Assembly: GCA_963777505.1 (NCBI GenBank)
Contig: CAVZQN010000004.1
Coordinates: 1,120,001-1,184,000 of the forward strand
Direction of reading: 5' to 3'
Source: an uncultured bacterium
GTDB taxonomy: Bacteria > Acidobacteriota > HRBIN11 > JAKEFK01
Length of the DNA stretch: 64,000 nucleotides
How positions within the stretch are numbered: position 1 is the stretch's first letter; each line of letters starts with the position of its first letter. Shown one piece after another: positions 29,475-39,622 of this stretch. The translations under genes and the position numbers were made by a program. The notes beneath the pieces were generated by a model. The model was not told the DNA's origin. It saw only the letters and a program-made list of their open reading frames with translations, and did no database searches.

Positions 29475-30738
29475 TTTCTTGAAGTTTCCCTTCCAGGCCG
29501 CCGACTTCGCTGGAAACGACAACAACAACCTTGCATTCCTTTAGGACGCCATGTTCATCGTCCGCATCCACAATTTTTTGGGCATCTGCTTCGCTTACAA
29601 TCAAAGTTGCTTTCAGTTTCCCATCGGTACCAGCAGCTTTCACAAGCATGGGATTATAACCCTGCCTGCGTTTTTTCTGCTGTGGCTGCGGGGGATCAGG
29701 CGAATAACTCGCGCGAATAATTGTTGCATTCGGATATAATCGCGAAATTTTGACTTCCCGGGCAACGACTGCATACGATGCCATTCCCCGTTTTTGTAAA
29801 TCTTCCTGATTCACTTTGCTGACGCCATAGACTTCACGTTTTTGCGTATCTTGAACTCGCGGAAAAATGGCAGGAGTCGCCGGTATCGCGCGTGCATCAA
29901 TCACAATGCCTGTGAACTGTTCGGGTTTCGGTTCAGTTTTGGAAGGTTCTTTTTTCACTGCTTGTTTTTTGCGGGTCGGAACAATCACTTCGGCAACAGC
30001 AGGAGGTGGCGGAGTATAAAATCCATAAAGAGTCATGCTCAAGCCTTTTACACCACGAACTGGCGCTCGCACTGTAACATTTACAGTGGTGCCCAGTCTT
30101 GAACGTGCAACAACCTCAGCACCCTGAACAAAGCCTTCGAGCGCGAAACTCATTCGTGATTCTTCACCGGCCTTCATCCGGTCATCTACAGGAATGTCAT
30201 GAACAATTTCAAGAAGATGGGCTTTTGCGTCAACTTCTGCTGCACGTGCGGCCTCTTCTTCACTCTGACCATCACCGATTACACCTTTACCATAGGCATG
30301 TATAAATCCTTCACCCCAATTCACTTCACCTTGTGGATATTTCTGCAGATAATTCTGCATCGGTTCGCCAAGCTCTTCTCGTTCTTCGGCTTTGTTCATT
30401 ACATATTCAGAAGGGATCGCAACATTGGCTTGTATTTTTACCCAATATCGATTTCCTCTTTTTTGTTCTGCAAGAATTGAGTAACGCAAGCTTGCGGCAG
30501 ATTGCGCAAAAATAGTGCGGGCATTTGGCAGCTCTTCAACTTTGATGTAAGTTCCATAAGCTTTTTCAACAGCATCTCGTGCAGCTGCTGCAAGTGCCAC
30601 TGTTCTTGCTGCTGCAGTATCTCCCCCTTGAATATCAACTTCCTTTTCAGCAGTCACAGCAACAAGTTTTTCATCTGCAAAGCAAACGTTAAACAATCCA
30701 AGAAGGATCAAAACTGTCAATGCAAAGTGCGTTTTCAT
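29446..30738 (-). CDS. Exported hypothetical protein (LPP20/FlgT-N-like domains)
   Basis: Signal peptide; VNWGEGFIHAYGKG..AARAAEVDA..LLEIV; FTGIVIDAR. Confidence 0.7.
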   Translation of the reverse strand: MKTHFALTVLILLGLFNVCFADEKLVAVTAEKEVDIQGGDTAAARTVALAAAARDAVEKAYGTYIKVEELPNARTIFAQSAASLRYSILAEQKRGNRYWVKIQANVAIPSEYVMNKAEEREELGEPMQNYLQKYPQGEVNWGEGFIHAYGKGVIGDGQSEEEAARAAEVDAKAHLLEIVHDIPVDDRMKAGEESRMSFALEGFVQGAEVVARSRLGTTVNVTVRAPVRGVKGLSMTLYGFYTPPPPAVAEVIVPTRKKQAVKKEPSKTEPKPEQFTGIVIDARAIPATPAIFPRVQDTQKREVYGVSKVNQEDLQKRGMASYAVVAREVKISRLYPNATIIRASYSPDPPQPQQKKRRQGYNPMLVKAAGTDGKLKATLIVSEADAQKIVDADDEHGVLKECKVVVVVSSEVGGLEGKLQERGSQTSRLH

Positions 30739-30740
30739 AT

Positions 30741-32105
30741 TTACTCCGAAAGAACCTGCAGGCGATTGATCATGGAAAGAGCTTCGGCTCCTGAAACTGG
30801 ACGATTCATATGGAATTTCCCATCCACGTCAAGGCTGACGACGCCAGCCGCAATCGTCTTCATCACCATAGAATGGTAAATATTACTATGAGGAACGTCG
30901 GATATGATCATGTCGGCATTTTCCTCGCGGGATTGAATCTTCTTCCCTTCATTGCCTTCTAAAATCTGAAGAATCCTTGCAGCTGCTCGCGTCAACTCAA
31001 TTTTTGTAATCCATCGAGAGGGCTGAAACGTACGATTGGGAAAAACTTCGATCATTCCTAGCTCAACAGCTTTTCGGATGTAATTTGTGGCCCAATGATC
31101 AAATGCATCCACAACAATCACTGAACCTGATGAAGAATATTTTGCGAGAAATTTCAAGTTTGTAAAAATTAAGGCTGCGAGTTGGGCACGCGTAATTTCA
31201 GAAGTTTGCGCAATATTTTTATATTCCTCAGGCATCGCTTCAAAAGCGAGAAGTTTTCTCAGCTCACCAATATGCTGTTGTATAACGGCACTTGGTGCAA
31301 TTTGCTCTACTTTTTCATAAGTTTCTAATGCTTTCTGATATTGATCTAAGTGCACCAGACATTCGGCATAGGCAAGTTGGATAACTGGCTCATCGGAAAG
31401 TTGTTCGCCTGATTGTTCCAATGATGTGATTGCTTCCTCGCACTGTCCTAGTTTTAGCTGGATTGTCGCAATTTCCAGCGGGATCAGAGATATTTCCGGC
31501 GCGAATTTCTGGGCTTCTTTGTATAACTCAATTCCTTTTTCAGGATTCGTTTTTGCTTCCTCACGCGCCTGAGTGAGTAAAAATTCAGTGGCTTTTAACC
31601 GCAAAATCTTTTGTGCCTGGTCTATGCCAGGATATTCAGGCTTAATCCGCTGCAGTTCATCCCAATGTTTTAAGGCTTCCTCATATTTGATCTGCTGTTC
31701 CAAAACAACCGCCAGAGCATAATGAGCCTGAATATAATCAGGATTCTTATCAAGAGCACCACGAATGTAACGCTCGGCGGAATCTAAATCATTTTCTGCC
31801 AAATAGGTGTAACCGATTGCCAGAAAGGCAGGATAATAATTCGGATCTTTTCTTAATGCTTTTTGAAATTCTTCCCTGGCTTTCGGTTGATTCCCTTTAC
31901 TGTATTGAGCGTAGCCTTTGTTGTAATCGGAGGATGCAGCGATCGAAGTTTCATGTGTTGGATTCTGAAGGGGTGTTTTTGGAGGATGTAACTGTACAGC
32001 TGGAGCACAGGCAGAAAGAATAAAACCAAGCAGCAGAATTGGATAGAGATTACTGTGACGCGTATTTTCTGACGCGGTCTGCAAGTTTTTTCGGCAATTC
32101 AACAT
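30741..32105 (-). CDS. TPR-repeat lipoprotein with C-terminal S-layer homology (SLH) repeats (start uncertain)
   Basis: Lipobox LSAC; TPR helices; ITRAQLA, HWATNYI..FQPSRWITK, SDVP..NRPVSGAEA SLH motifs. Confidence 0.82.
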   Translation of the reverse strand: MLNCRKNLQTASENTRHSNLYPILLLGFILSACAPAVQLHPPKTPLQNPTHETSIAASSDYNKGYAQYSKGNQPKAREEFQKALRKDPNYYPAFLAIGYTYLAENDLDSAERYIRGALDKNPDYIQAHYALAVVLEQQIKYEEALKHWDELQRIKPEYPGIDQAQKILRLKATEFLLTQAREEAKTNPEKGIELYKEAQKFAPEISLIPLEIATIQLKLGQCEEAITSLEQSGEQLSDEPVIQLAYAECLVHLDQYQKALETYEKVEQIAPSAVIQQHIGELRKLLAFEAMPEEYKNIAQTSEITRAQLAALIFTNLKFLAKYSSSGSVIVVDAFDHWATNYIRKAVELGMIEVFPNRTFQPSRWITKIELTRAAARILQILEGNEGKKIQSREENADMIISDVPHSNIYHSMVMKTIAAGVVSLDVDGKFHMNRPVSGAEALSMINRLQVLSE

Positions 32106-33336
32106 CAAGTTCAATCCGGCCATCCACATAATTCTTTCCGAAAATTTTGCCTTCATCATGCAGCATGGAAATCAAAGATTGCTCGTCGTTGGGAATTGAC
32201 AGGTGCACCCGTTCCCAAAAATCAGAAAGCATCCCGACAATAGCTGAAGTCAAATGATCGATACCTTCTCCAGTTTCTGCAGAAACTGCTACCACATTCC
32301 CAAGCTGATGGCTGTACGATTGTAACATGGCAGTTGGATTATCCATTAGATCGATCTTGTTTAATACATGCAAAATCGGTTTATTTGCAGCATCCAGGAT
32401 GCGTAAAGTTTCAAGAACTGCCTGAATCTGTTCATCAACTGCAGGACTTGAAGCATCAATCACATGCAACAATAAATTTGCCTGCAATACTTCTTCAAGC
32501 GTTGCACGAAATGCCGCAACCAGCTCTGTTGGAAGCTTTTGAATAAATCCGACTGTATCCGAAAACAAGACAGTTTGCTGATTCGGCACGCGAATACTTT
32601 TGATTGTTGGATCTAATGTTGCAAAAAGAATAGGCGAAGCAAAGCTTTTGGATCCGGTGAGACGGTTGAAGAGAGTTGTCTTGCCTGCGTTTGTGTAACC
32701 GATCAAGGAAGCAATTGGCAAAGGGATATCATGTCGTGATTTCCGTTGTAGTGCGCGAATTTCCTGCACATGATCCAATTGTTTTTTTAAGCGGCTTCTG
32801 CGTTCGCGGAGACGGCGGCGATCGAATTCAAGCTTTGTTTCACCCGGTCCTCGAGTTCCAATTCCGCCACCCAGTCTTGATAATTGAATTCCACGTCCTG
32901 TTAAACGAGGCAACAAGTAATCAATTTGTGCCAATTCAACTTGTAATTTGCCTTCTGACGTTTTTGCACGTTGAGCAAATATGTCAAGAATGAGTTGTGT
33001 GCGATCAAGAACTTTGCGATCCATGAGGTGTTCAATATTGCGCATTTGCGCAGGTGTTAAAGGATCGTCAAATAAAACCAGATCCACACTTTTGGCATCG
33101 CAGTAAACTTTTATTTCTTCGAGTTTTCCTTTTCCGCAGTAATAAGCCGGATCGCGCCGCGGTTTTTCTTGCAAGAAAATTTGCAGAACATCAGCGCCTG
33201 CAGTAATCGCGAGTGTTGAAAGTTCTTCGAGAGATTGTTCCTCCCGCCAGCGTTCGGCGCGACCGCCATAAATACCGACAGCGACAGCCTTCTCTCGTGG
33301 GGGAATTAAATCCTTAAGGGCGGTTTTCTTATGCAA
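32050..33336 (-). CDS. hflX: GTPase HflX
   Basis: GGGIGTRGPGETKLE, GYTNAGKT, FATLD, DTVG, NKID. Confidence 0.97.
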   Translation of the reverse strand: MHKKTALKDLIPPREKAVAVGIYGGRAERWREEQSLEELSTLAITAGADVLQIFLQEKPRRDPAYYCGKGKLEEIKVYCDAKSVDLVLFDDPLTPAQMRNIEHLMDRKVLDRTQLILDIFAQRAKTSEGKLQVELAQIDYLLPRLTGRGIQLSRLGGGIGTRGPGETKLEFDRRRLRERRSRLKKQLDHVQEIRALQRKSRHDIPLPIASLIGYTNAGKTTLFNRLTGSKSFASPILFATLDPTIKSIRVPNQQTVLFSDTVGFIQKLPTELVAAFRATLEEVLQANLLLHVIDASSPAVDEQIQAVLETLRILDAANKPILHVLNKIDLMDNPTAMLQSYSHQLGNVVAVSAETGEGIDHLTSAIVGMLSDFWERVHLSIPNDEQSLISMLHDEGKIFGKNYVDGRIELDVELPKKLADRVRKYASQ

Positions 33337-33397
33337 AACTTTTGATCAAAAGCCTTCGAATGAAATTATATGATGGTGGGAGCGGTTACGCTAGAGT

Positions 33398-33496
33398 CTA
33401 CAGAATCCAAGATCCAGGTTGCAAGATACAGTGGAGTTCCCTTGTATCCTCCATCTTGTATCTTGTATCTTTTTTCGTATATTTTGTATCCTGTAG
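33398..33496. repeat. Heptamer tandem array forming an imperfect inverted repeat
   Basis: cagaatc caagatc caggttg caagata ca..tgtatcc tccatct tgtatct tgtatct ..tgtatcc tgtag. Confidence 0.75.
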
Positions 33497-33598
33497 CAGC
33501 GGAAATATTTACTGAGTTTCACGATTCCGTTGAAAAGAACCATAGAACCTGGGCACGATCCTGTCGCCTGGAAGAAAAATCACATTTCGGAGGATTGA

Positions 33599-34195
33599 AT
33601 GTATCTGAAGAAGATTGTTTTATCAGTGTTGTGTTTGATTGTAGCTTGCGGTTTCGCGATGGCTCAAGAGAAAAAGGCGCCAAGTGAAGCGGACATGAAA
33701 GCGATGATGGATATGTACACGAAACTTGCTACGCCAGGCGCCCCGCATAAGCATATGGCCAGTTTGGCAGGCACATGGACTACCAAAACGAAATCATGGA
33801 TGGATCCCAGCCAACCCCCAATGGAATCGGCAGGCACATGCACACAAAAAGTATTGCTTGATGGACGATTCCTACAGCAAGAATGCTCAGGCGACATGAT
33901 GGGAATGCCGTTCACAGGGGTTGGTCTTATGGGGTATGACAACTTCACAAAGAAATACAGAGCAACATGGATGGATTCCATGGGAACTGGAATTTATCTT
34001 TTTGAAGGAACAGGAAGTCCCGATGGTAAGACAGTCACAATGACAAGCAGTTGGGATGATCCGATCGAAGGCCCGATGAAGGCTCGCACCGTGACCAAAT
34101 ATATCGACAACAACACCCATACTTTTGAAATGTTTGGAACGGGGAAAGACGGAAAAGAAAAGAAAATGATGGAAATGACCTACACCCGCAAATAA
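33599..34195 (+). CDS. Exported DUF1579 family protein
   Basis: Signal peptide; TPGAPH..LAGTW, LDGRFL, GYDN..TWMDSMGT, MEMTYTR. Confidence 0.88.
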   Translation: MYLKKIVLSVLCLIVACGFAMAQEKKAPSEADMKAMMDMYTKLATPGAPHKHMASLAGTWTTKTKSWMDPSQPPMESAGTCTQKVLLDGRFLQQECSGDMMGMPFTGVGLMGYDNFTKKYRATWMDSMGTGIYLFEGTGSPDGKTVTMTSSWDDPIEGPMKARTVTKYIDNNTHTFEMFGTGKDGKEKKMMEMTYTRK

Positions 34196-34205
34196 TTCGC
34201 ACTCC

Positions 34206-34238
34206 AAAGGGGCGGTCCAAGGCCGCTCCTTTCTCTTT
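34206..34238 (+). terminator. Rho-independent terminator between convergent genes
   Basis: aaaggggcggtc-caa-ggccgctccttt followed by ctcttt. Confidence 0.7.
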
Positions 34239-34248
34239 AGCTGGCTTT

Positions 34249-34638
34249 TCATTCAGTAGGTGTGGAGCCCTTAATTTGATCTTCTGAGGGAGTGGTGTTC
34301 TGAATTTCTTCAATGATTTGTTCCGCCTCATCCGCATACGCTTCAGGAACCCATATCGCGCCTCTCCAAACTAAGGTCTGAGTTTGTTCAACGACTCCGT
34401 AGGTATCAAACGCAGTGCCTGATTGAGACAGATATGGAATACTTTGATTTTCAAAAGCCAGACATATTTCGATTAGTAAATCATGTCGCTGTGTTTCAAA
34501 AACGCGAGTCAATTCGTTTTTCGGATCTGTTTCGATTCGATCAGCGGATTCCTCAGTGGTTTGAATCAAATCAACATCGCAGTCAGCACAGCGTAGAAAA
34601 CCCTCCCGGTATTCGCTTCCACAATTCGGGCAGATCAT
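34249..34638 (-). CDS. Zinc-ribbon / DUF2007-like protein
   Basis: CPNCGSEYREGFLRCADCDVDL N-terminus; C-terminal IWVPE..A..AEQII. Confidence 0.75.
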   Translation of the reverse strand: MICPNCGSEYREGFLRCADCDVDLIQTTEESADRIETDPKNELTRVFETQRHDLLIEICLAFENQSIPYLSQSGTAFDTYGVVEQTQTLVWRGAIWVPEAYADEAEQIIEEIQNTTPSEDQIKGSTPTE

Positions 34639-35111
34639 TTGTCGCGTTCTGTCCTTTGTTGAAGAATTACTTTTCGAGCCATCGCAATTTGTCCGCTGTG
34701 ATATGCATTATGCTGCAATATCCCTGAAAGCATACCAGCAAGCGTAAGGTCTGGCTCAGTAGTTGACGACTCCGCGATTGTGTTTAACTTGCGAACTAAT
34801 TCATGTAACGAAGAATCCAGATCATACTGAGCTTGTTGCCATGCTCTGTCGCTTACTTCGAGTACAGCTCGCCAATCTCCTTCCTCTGGAATTTCTGGAA
34901 CAAAACTGGAATGTAAACGGCGGATCACTTCTCTTTGCCACGCATCCATATGCAAAGTGATTTCCCAGATGCTGTGTGAATTTGAAACCACGTACGCTGC
35001 AGCTTCTTTATGCGTAAGCCCATCGAGCAAGGATTTTGTGGATGGTCCATGCCATGGTTCTGATTCATGACCTTTTACTAGCTCTTTGGTAAAGTGTTGA
35101 ATCCAATTCAT
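34635..35111 (-). CDS. DinB family protein
   Basis: PWHGPS, HSIWEITLH, QHNAYHSGQI. Confidence 0.9.
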   Translation of the reverse strand: MNWIQHFTKELVKGHESEPWHGPSTKSLLDGLTHKEAAAYVVSNSHSIWEITLHMDAWQREVIRRLHSSFVPEIPEEGDWRAVLEVSDRAWQQAQYDLDSSLHELVRKLNTIAESSTTEPDLTLAGMLSGILQHNAYHSGQIAMARKVILQQRTERDK

Positions 35112-36724
35112 TGTTTTCTTTCCTTGTTGAATACAGGTATTTCACCCTTTAGATTTTTCCCGTGTGCACGATGCGATTTTATGTTTGCTGTTTCATCAGG
35201 ATTACGTTTGTATAATTCTAGAAAGTTGCGGCGTCCAATTAGCATGAAGTGCCGATGAAAATCTGAATTGTCATGAAGTATTTTCCATAGTTTGTCATCT
35301 TGAGAAATGAAAACCCATCCTACCCATTTTTCGGGTTCTTTTCTTGCATCATTCCACCATGGTTTCGCGCCTTCATGAACAAATCGTTTAATCGGTAGTT
35401 TTAAATCATAAACAACAGGCGCAATTTCTCCCATCGCAACAAGGATCAACGACCCATCATCATGTTGTTGAAAATACCAGAGAAGGTCACCCTGGAGAGA
35501 CAGGTTACTCGCATCACGCAAAGATTCTTCTAGCAATTCGGAAGAATCAAATTTTCCGAAATAGCTTGATGTGCTGATGAAAAGCGCAAAGACAAGAAAT
35601 AAATAACGCATCAACTTTGAACGTTCAGGGAAATGTGAAAGAAAGAAACAACACGCCGGTACGATGAGTAAGCCATATCGGATACGCGTTGGATGCCCGT
35701 CATGATACTGGATCATAAACAAGAGTAGCGGACCAAGGATTGCAAGCGAAGCGATGAATGCAGGATTCCTAAATTTTCTGCGCAGCATTAAAAAGAATGC
35801 AGCAACTGATCCAATGGCCCACTCAAAACTAACCAGTTTTCCAAGCGTATATAGCGCTACAAAAAAAGATAGAAGATAGCTGCCTTGACCTGGCTGCCAA
35901 TCCGTAAACTTGTGGGTGACATCAATAAATGCAGATCCTGTTGTTCTCCAGTTAATCCAGAATGTTAAAGCAATTGCCAAAAAGTTGGGGATTCCCAGCA
36001 CCAGTCCGTCAAGAAGTATTTTCTTAAAACCACGTCTACTCTTGATGTGAAGCAAGGTCAACAAAAGACCGATCATTCCAAACGTAAACCAATTCTCGTA
36101 GCGGGTAAGCACACCAAAAGCAGAAATAATAGAAGCAAGCAATAGCCATTTTCTGGTCTGAGTGAGTTCGTAGCGTACAAAAAAGTACACGGCGGCCAGA
36201 CTGAATACGATCGAAAGTCCTTCAGTTAAAGAAGTGGATTGAAGATAGAGAATATTTACATTAATCATGTACAGCGTGCTTGCACAGAACGCCGATATTG
36301 GATCAACGACATGTTTCAGCAATTTGAATAAAAGAATGACGCTGAAGATGTAACTCAAGACGGAAAATGGGATTCCTCCAAAGCCGTTGAAGTAGATCCA
36401 ATCATTTTTTACGAGCGGGTAGTATAAGACGTGCGGAAGTGGAAGCCAGAATGCTCCAATTTGAATCCACCCCGGGCTTAAGTTGTCTGCAATCCTTCTG
36501 GGAACAAGCTGATGGCCTTTCGAATCAAAATGGGCATTATGGAAATCATTGCTGATAAAAAGATAAAGGCTCAATGCTGACAAAAGAATTGCACACAACA
36601 ATAGAATTTTTCCGTACGGTAGCTTTCCGAAGTCGACCGAATTCAAGGCTCTTTCGATAGGATCGTGTTTTGATTTGCGAACTTGTGATGGCTGAATTTC
36701 AGGATCGATCAAAGTGTTTTGCAC
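35108..36724 (-). CDS. GT-C fold (family 39/PMT-like) membrane glycosyltransferase
   Basis: Multiple TM helices; luminal DSKGH..WLPLPH; TE, TRYE, RYGL motifs. Confidence 0.75.
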   Translation of the reverse strand: MQNTLIDPEIQPSQVRKSKHDPIERALNSVDFGKLPYGKILLLCAILLSALSLYLFISNDFHNAHFDSKGHQLVPRRIADNLSPGWIQIGAFWLPLPHVLYYPLVKNDWIYFNGFGGIPFSVLSYIFSVILLFKLLKHVVDPISAFCASTLYMINVNILYLQSTSLTEGLSIVFSLAAVYFFVRYELTQTRKWLLLASIISAFGVLTRYENWFTFGMIGLLLTLLHIKSRRGFKKILLDGLVLGIPNFLAIALTFWINWRTTGSAFIDVTHKFTDWQPGQGSYLLSFFVALYTLGKLVSFEWAIGSVAAFFLMLRRKFRNPAFIASLAILGPLLLFMIQYHDGHPTRIRYGLLIVPACCFFLSHFPERSKLMRYLFLVFALFISTSSYFGKFDSSELLEESLRDASNLSLQGDLLWYFQQHDDGSLILVAMGEIAPVVYDLKLPIKRFVHEGAKPWWNDARKEPEKWVGWVFISQDDKLWKILHDNSDFHRHFMLIGRRNFLELYKRNPDETANIKSHRAHGKNLKGEIPVFNKERKQ

Positions 36725-36730
36725 GGATTG

Positions 36731-38503
36731 CTACCGCAGAGGAATACGTTTAAGAAATGACTCATCGGTGATTCGTGCGACAGGATAAGCATCTTTGAAT
36801 GGATCGCGATAAGGTGAACGTTCGTAGAAGAAGTGGAGCCGTGCCTCCGGGTCAGATGCAAACTTAGGATCCGATTTTATTTTTTGCATGAATTCTTTTT
36901 CTAGATCAGGGTTTTTCTTTAGCATGTCTTCCGCGAGGGCTTCCATAACATACGGTTCTGCATATTCTTTTTGTTCAAATATTGCGTTAAAGAATCCCCA
37001 TGCAACAAAAGAATCATTTGATTGAGGTTCCAGCAAACCCATAATGATCCGATTGCTTCGTTGGTTTAGTTTTACGAAAACAGATCCCGCAGAAAATGTG
37101 CGCTCTTCTATGTTTGTTGTGACTTCATAGTTTGCGCCGTGTCTTCCTTCAAACGGTGCATTTTGCCAGTTAACATTTTGGAAGCGATATATTTCAAAGT
37201 TGCCAGTGACCGGCGCTGTAGTCCGGTTTAGTTCAATATTGTGCGCTTCAAGGCGGTCAATTACATCCGTCCATTGGCGCGGAATCAAATATCCAAACGG
37301 CGGAGATACAGAGTTCTGAACCTCAATTGTGTGATACCAGGGCACTGTTAATTCGAAAGGTTCTTTCCCATAGATAATGCGAACGGTACCCGAAATTGGA
37401 CTGACTTCGTGTTTAAATTCAATTCCGCGAAACTGAAATGGCTCACTCTTTTCACGATTTAATTTGAACCGGATGGGAACAGCAGAATCTAAAGCTTTCG
37501 TTTCTTCATCAGCCTTTGATTCAGCGTTAATCAGTTGTTCCCCAGATTGATTTAATTCCTGCAACGCCGAGATCATTAGATCGTAATGCGCACGCACCTG
37601 TACGTCGTACGGTTTGAGCATGTGCGTTTCCACGGTCATTCCGAGTCTATTTTGTATGGTCGCATATCCATCTGAAAACCGTGGATCAGCAAGAAAATGT
37701 GAGATGCCTGCGGCTGGATTCCGATCATCGACCATTTCGAAATAGGGTGCAGACTTGTGGCCTGTTTTTGTGAGACCTTCAACCATCGCCGGCTCCAATG
37801 TTTGTTGCCAGTATTTTGCAACTCCCGAAGCCATCATCGGTTCACGCTGGACAATATAAGTCACATCGTACTGAAAATCGGCGCCATCGCTGACGTGATT
37901 GTCCATGATAAAGTTCGGCAGCCATTTCGTATACAACTTAAGCATGGAACGCATCTCTGGCTGATCTGCTTTCATCCAATCACGATTCAAATTCAAATTT
38001 TCTGATGTCGTTCGCCAGCCCATCTCCTTTGGTCCATTTTGATTGATCCGATTGTATGGCCCGAAACGTTCATGGCCATCTACGCTGAAAATAGGAACCA
38101 CCAGCAACACTACATTGTTCAGCAGCGACTCCAATTTTTTCGTGATCACCATTTCTCGAAGCATCATGAACGATGCATCTTTACCGCCAATTTCTCCTGA
38201 ATGAATTCCATTGATGATCAAAACAACCAGGCGATTCGCTTTGCGTGCAGCATCCGGAGTGAATAATTTTTCGCGCGATACAATCAATAATGGCAGATCA
38301 CGTCCTTCCGGACTTTTCCCAAACTCTGAATAATTCACCCAGGGTGAAGCTGACGCAAGTTTTTTGCAGTAGGCAATGGCTTCATCGTAACGGCCGGTTT
38401 CTACAAACTTCGTGCGCTCAGCGTGTGTGAGCCAATCATTAGGGGTATCTGCAACAGCCATAACTGAAAGTATGATGCAAAATAGGAAAAAGGTCCTCTT
38501 CAT
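36731..38503 (-). CDS. Exported M14 zinc carboxypeptidase
   Basis: Signal peptide; GIHSGE, NLNRD, DNHVSDG. Confidence 0.9.
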   Translation of the reverse strand: MKRTFFLFCIILSVMAVADTPNDWLTHAERTKFVETGRYDEAIAYCKKLASASPWVNYSEFGKSPEGRDLPLLIVSREKLFTPDAARKANRLVVLIINGIHSGEIGGKDASFMMLREMVITKKLESLLNNVVLLVVPIFSVDGHERFGPYNRINQNGPKEMGWRTTSENLNLNRDWMKADQPEMRSMLKLYTKWLPNFIMDNHVSDGADFQYDVTYIVQREPMMASGVAKYWQQTLEPAMVEGLTKTGHKSAPYFEMVDDRNPAAGISHFLADPRFSDGYATIQNRLGMTVETHMLKPYDVQVRAHYDLMISALQELNQSGEQLINAESKADEETKALDSAVPIRFKLNREKSEPFQFRGIEFKHEVSPISGTVRIIYGKEPFELTVPWYHTIEVQNSVSPPFGYLIPRQWTDVIDRLEAHNIELNRTTAPVTGNFEIYRFQNVNWQNAPFEGRHGANYEVTTNIEERTFSAGSVFVKLNQRSNRIIMGLLEPQSNDSFVAWGFFNAIFEQKEYAEPYVMEALAEDMLKKNPDLEKEFMQKIKSDPKFASDPEARLHFFYERSPYRDPFKDAYPVARITDESFLKRIPLR

Positions 38504-38550
38504 TGTACCGATGGAAAATATACCCTAAATGATTCAATGTTAGAATGGTA

Positions 38551-38604
38551 CTCTGTGCCCTCTGCGGTTAAAAAGCAGAGTAATTAACCGCAGAGATCGC
38601 AAAG
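38551..38604. repeat. Family B repeat as an inverted pair (hairpin)
   Basis: ctctgtgccctctgcggtta ... taaccgcagagatcgcaaag. Confidence 0.72.
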
Positions 38605-38610
38605 ATCAAC

Positions 38611-39558
38611 ATGATAGATCTTGAGAAGATACGGAGTGCGGCGGCGGCTATTAGTCCGCACATTCATCGAACACCTTTACGGCCTTCCTTTTATTTTTCC
38701 GAAATTTCTGGATTTGATGTTTCGCTAAAGCTTGAGAATTGGCAGCCAACAGGATCTTTTAAAGTGCGAGGGGCTCTTAATCTTGTTCGATCATTATCGA
38801 TACAGGAGCGCTTACGCGGTCTTGTGGCATGGTCTGCTGGAAATCATGCATTAGGAGTAGCGTATGCATCACGTGTGTATGATGCGCCTGCGACAATCTA
38901 TGTTCCACGAAAGACGCCGAGATCAAAGCTGGATAAACTTCAGCATTTTCTTGTCGATGTGCGAGGCGCTGAAACTTATGAAGATGCCGAACGTGAGGGT
39001 CGCTCTCTCGCGGAAAAGTTGGGGCTGACAATCGTTCATCCTTATGATGATTGGCGAACTGTTGCTGGACAGGGCACAATCGCTCTCGAGTTGCACGAAC
39101 AGATGCCTGAGCTTGATGCTGTTGTTGTCCCTGTTGGCGGGGGAGGATTAATTAGCGGTATTGCCATCGCACTGAAGAGTTTGGATCCGGATGTAAAGAT
39201 TATCGGTGTTCAAAGCGCCAATTCTCCGGCATTGAGCAAATCTTTAGAGGACAAAGTTTGTTATGAAGAATTTCCTGTTGAGCATTCAATAGCAGAAGGT
39301 CTGGCCGGTGGTATTGGCAAAATCGTTTACGAACTGGCTCCAAAGTATATCGATGAAATTCTTCTTGTTGACGAGGAAGAGATCAAAAAGGCCATCTTGC
39401 TCATGTTAGAACAAGAACAAGTTGTGACGGAGGCCTCTGCAGCAGTCACCCTTGCTGCGCTGACGCAAATTGAATCCGTTCCTCGTGGATCTCGTGTAGC
39501 TGCAATCGTTTCGGGCGGAAACCTCAACATGAGACTCCTGCGAGAAATCCTGCAATAA
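38611..39558 (+). CDS. Threonine/serine dehydratase family PLP enzyme (second copy, no ACT domain)
   Basis: KLENWQPTGSFKVRG, SAGNHA, GQGT, GGGGL, SGGN. Confidence 0.92.
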   Translation: MIDLEKIRSAAAAISPHIHRTPLRPSFYFSEISGFDVSLKLENWQPTGSFKVRGALNLVRSLSIQERLRGLVAWSAGNHALGVAYASRVYDAPATIYVPRKTPRSKLDKLQHFLVDVRGAETYEDAEREGRSLAEKLGLTIVHPYDDWRTVAGQGTIALELHEQMPELDAVVVPVGGGGLISGIAIALKSLDPDVKIIGVQSANSPALSKSLEDKVCYEEFPVEHSIAEGLAGGIGKIVYELAPKYIDEILLVDEEEIKKAILLMLEQEQVVTEASAAVTLAALTQIESVPRGSRVAAIVSGGNLNMRLLREILQ

Positions 39559-39575
39559 CGCCTGTCCTCTAAAAC

Positions 39576-39604
39576 TTGACAAAACCCTGAGTTACGCCTA
39601 TCTT
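39576..39604 (+). promoter_or_regulatory. Sigma70-type promoter
   Basis: TTGACA-N17-TATCTT, ending 18 bp upstream of ATG 39623. Confidence 0.65.
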
Positions 39605-39622
39605 TAGTAACTGGAATAACTT

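Noticed and set aside
33370-33687. 105-aa ORF upstream of DUF1579
   Set aside because: It reads through the heptamer array (ILYLFSYILYP is typical repeat translation) and overlaps the real gene out of frame
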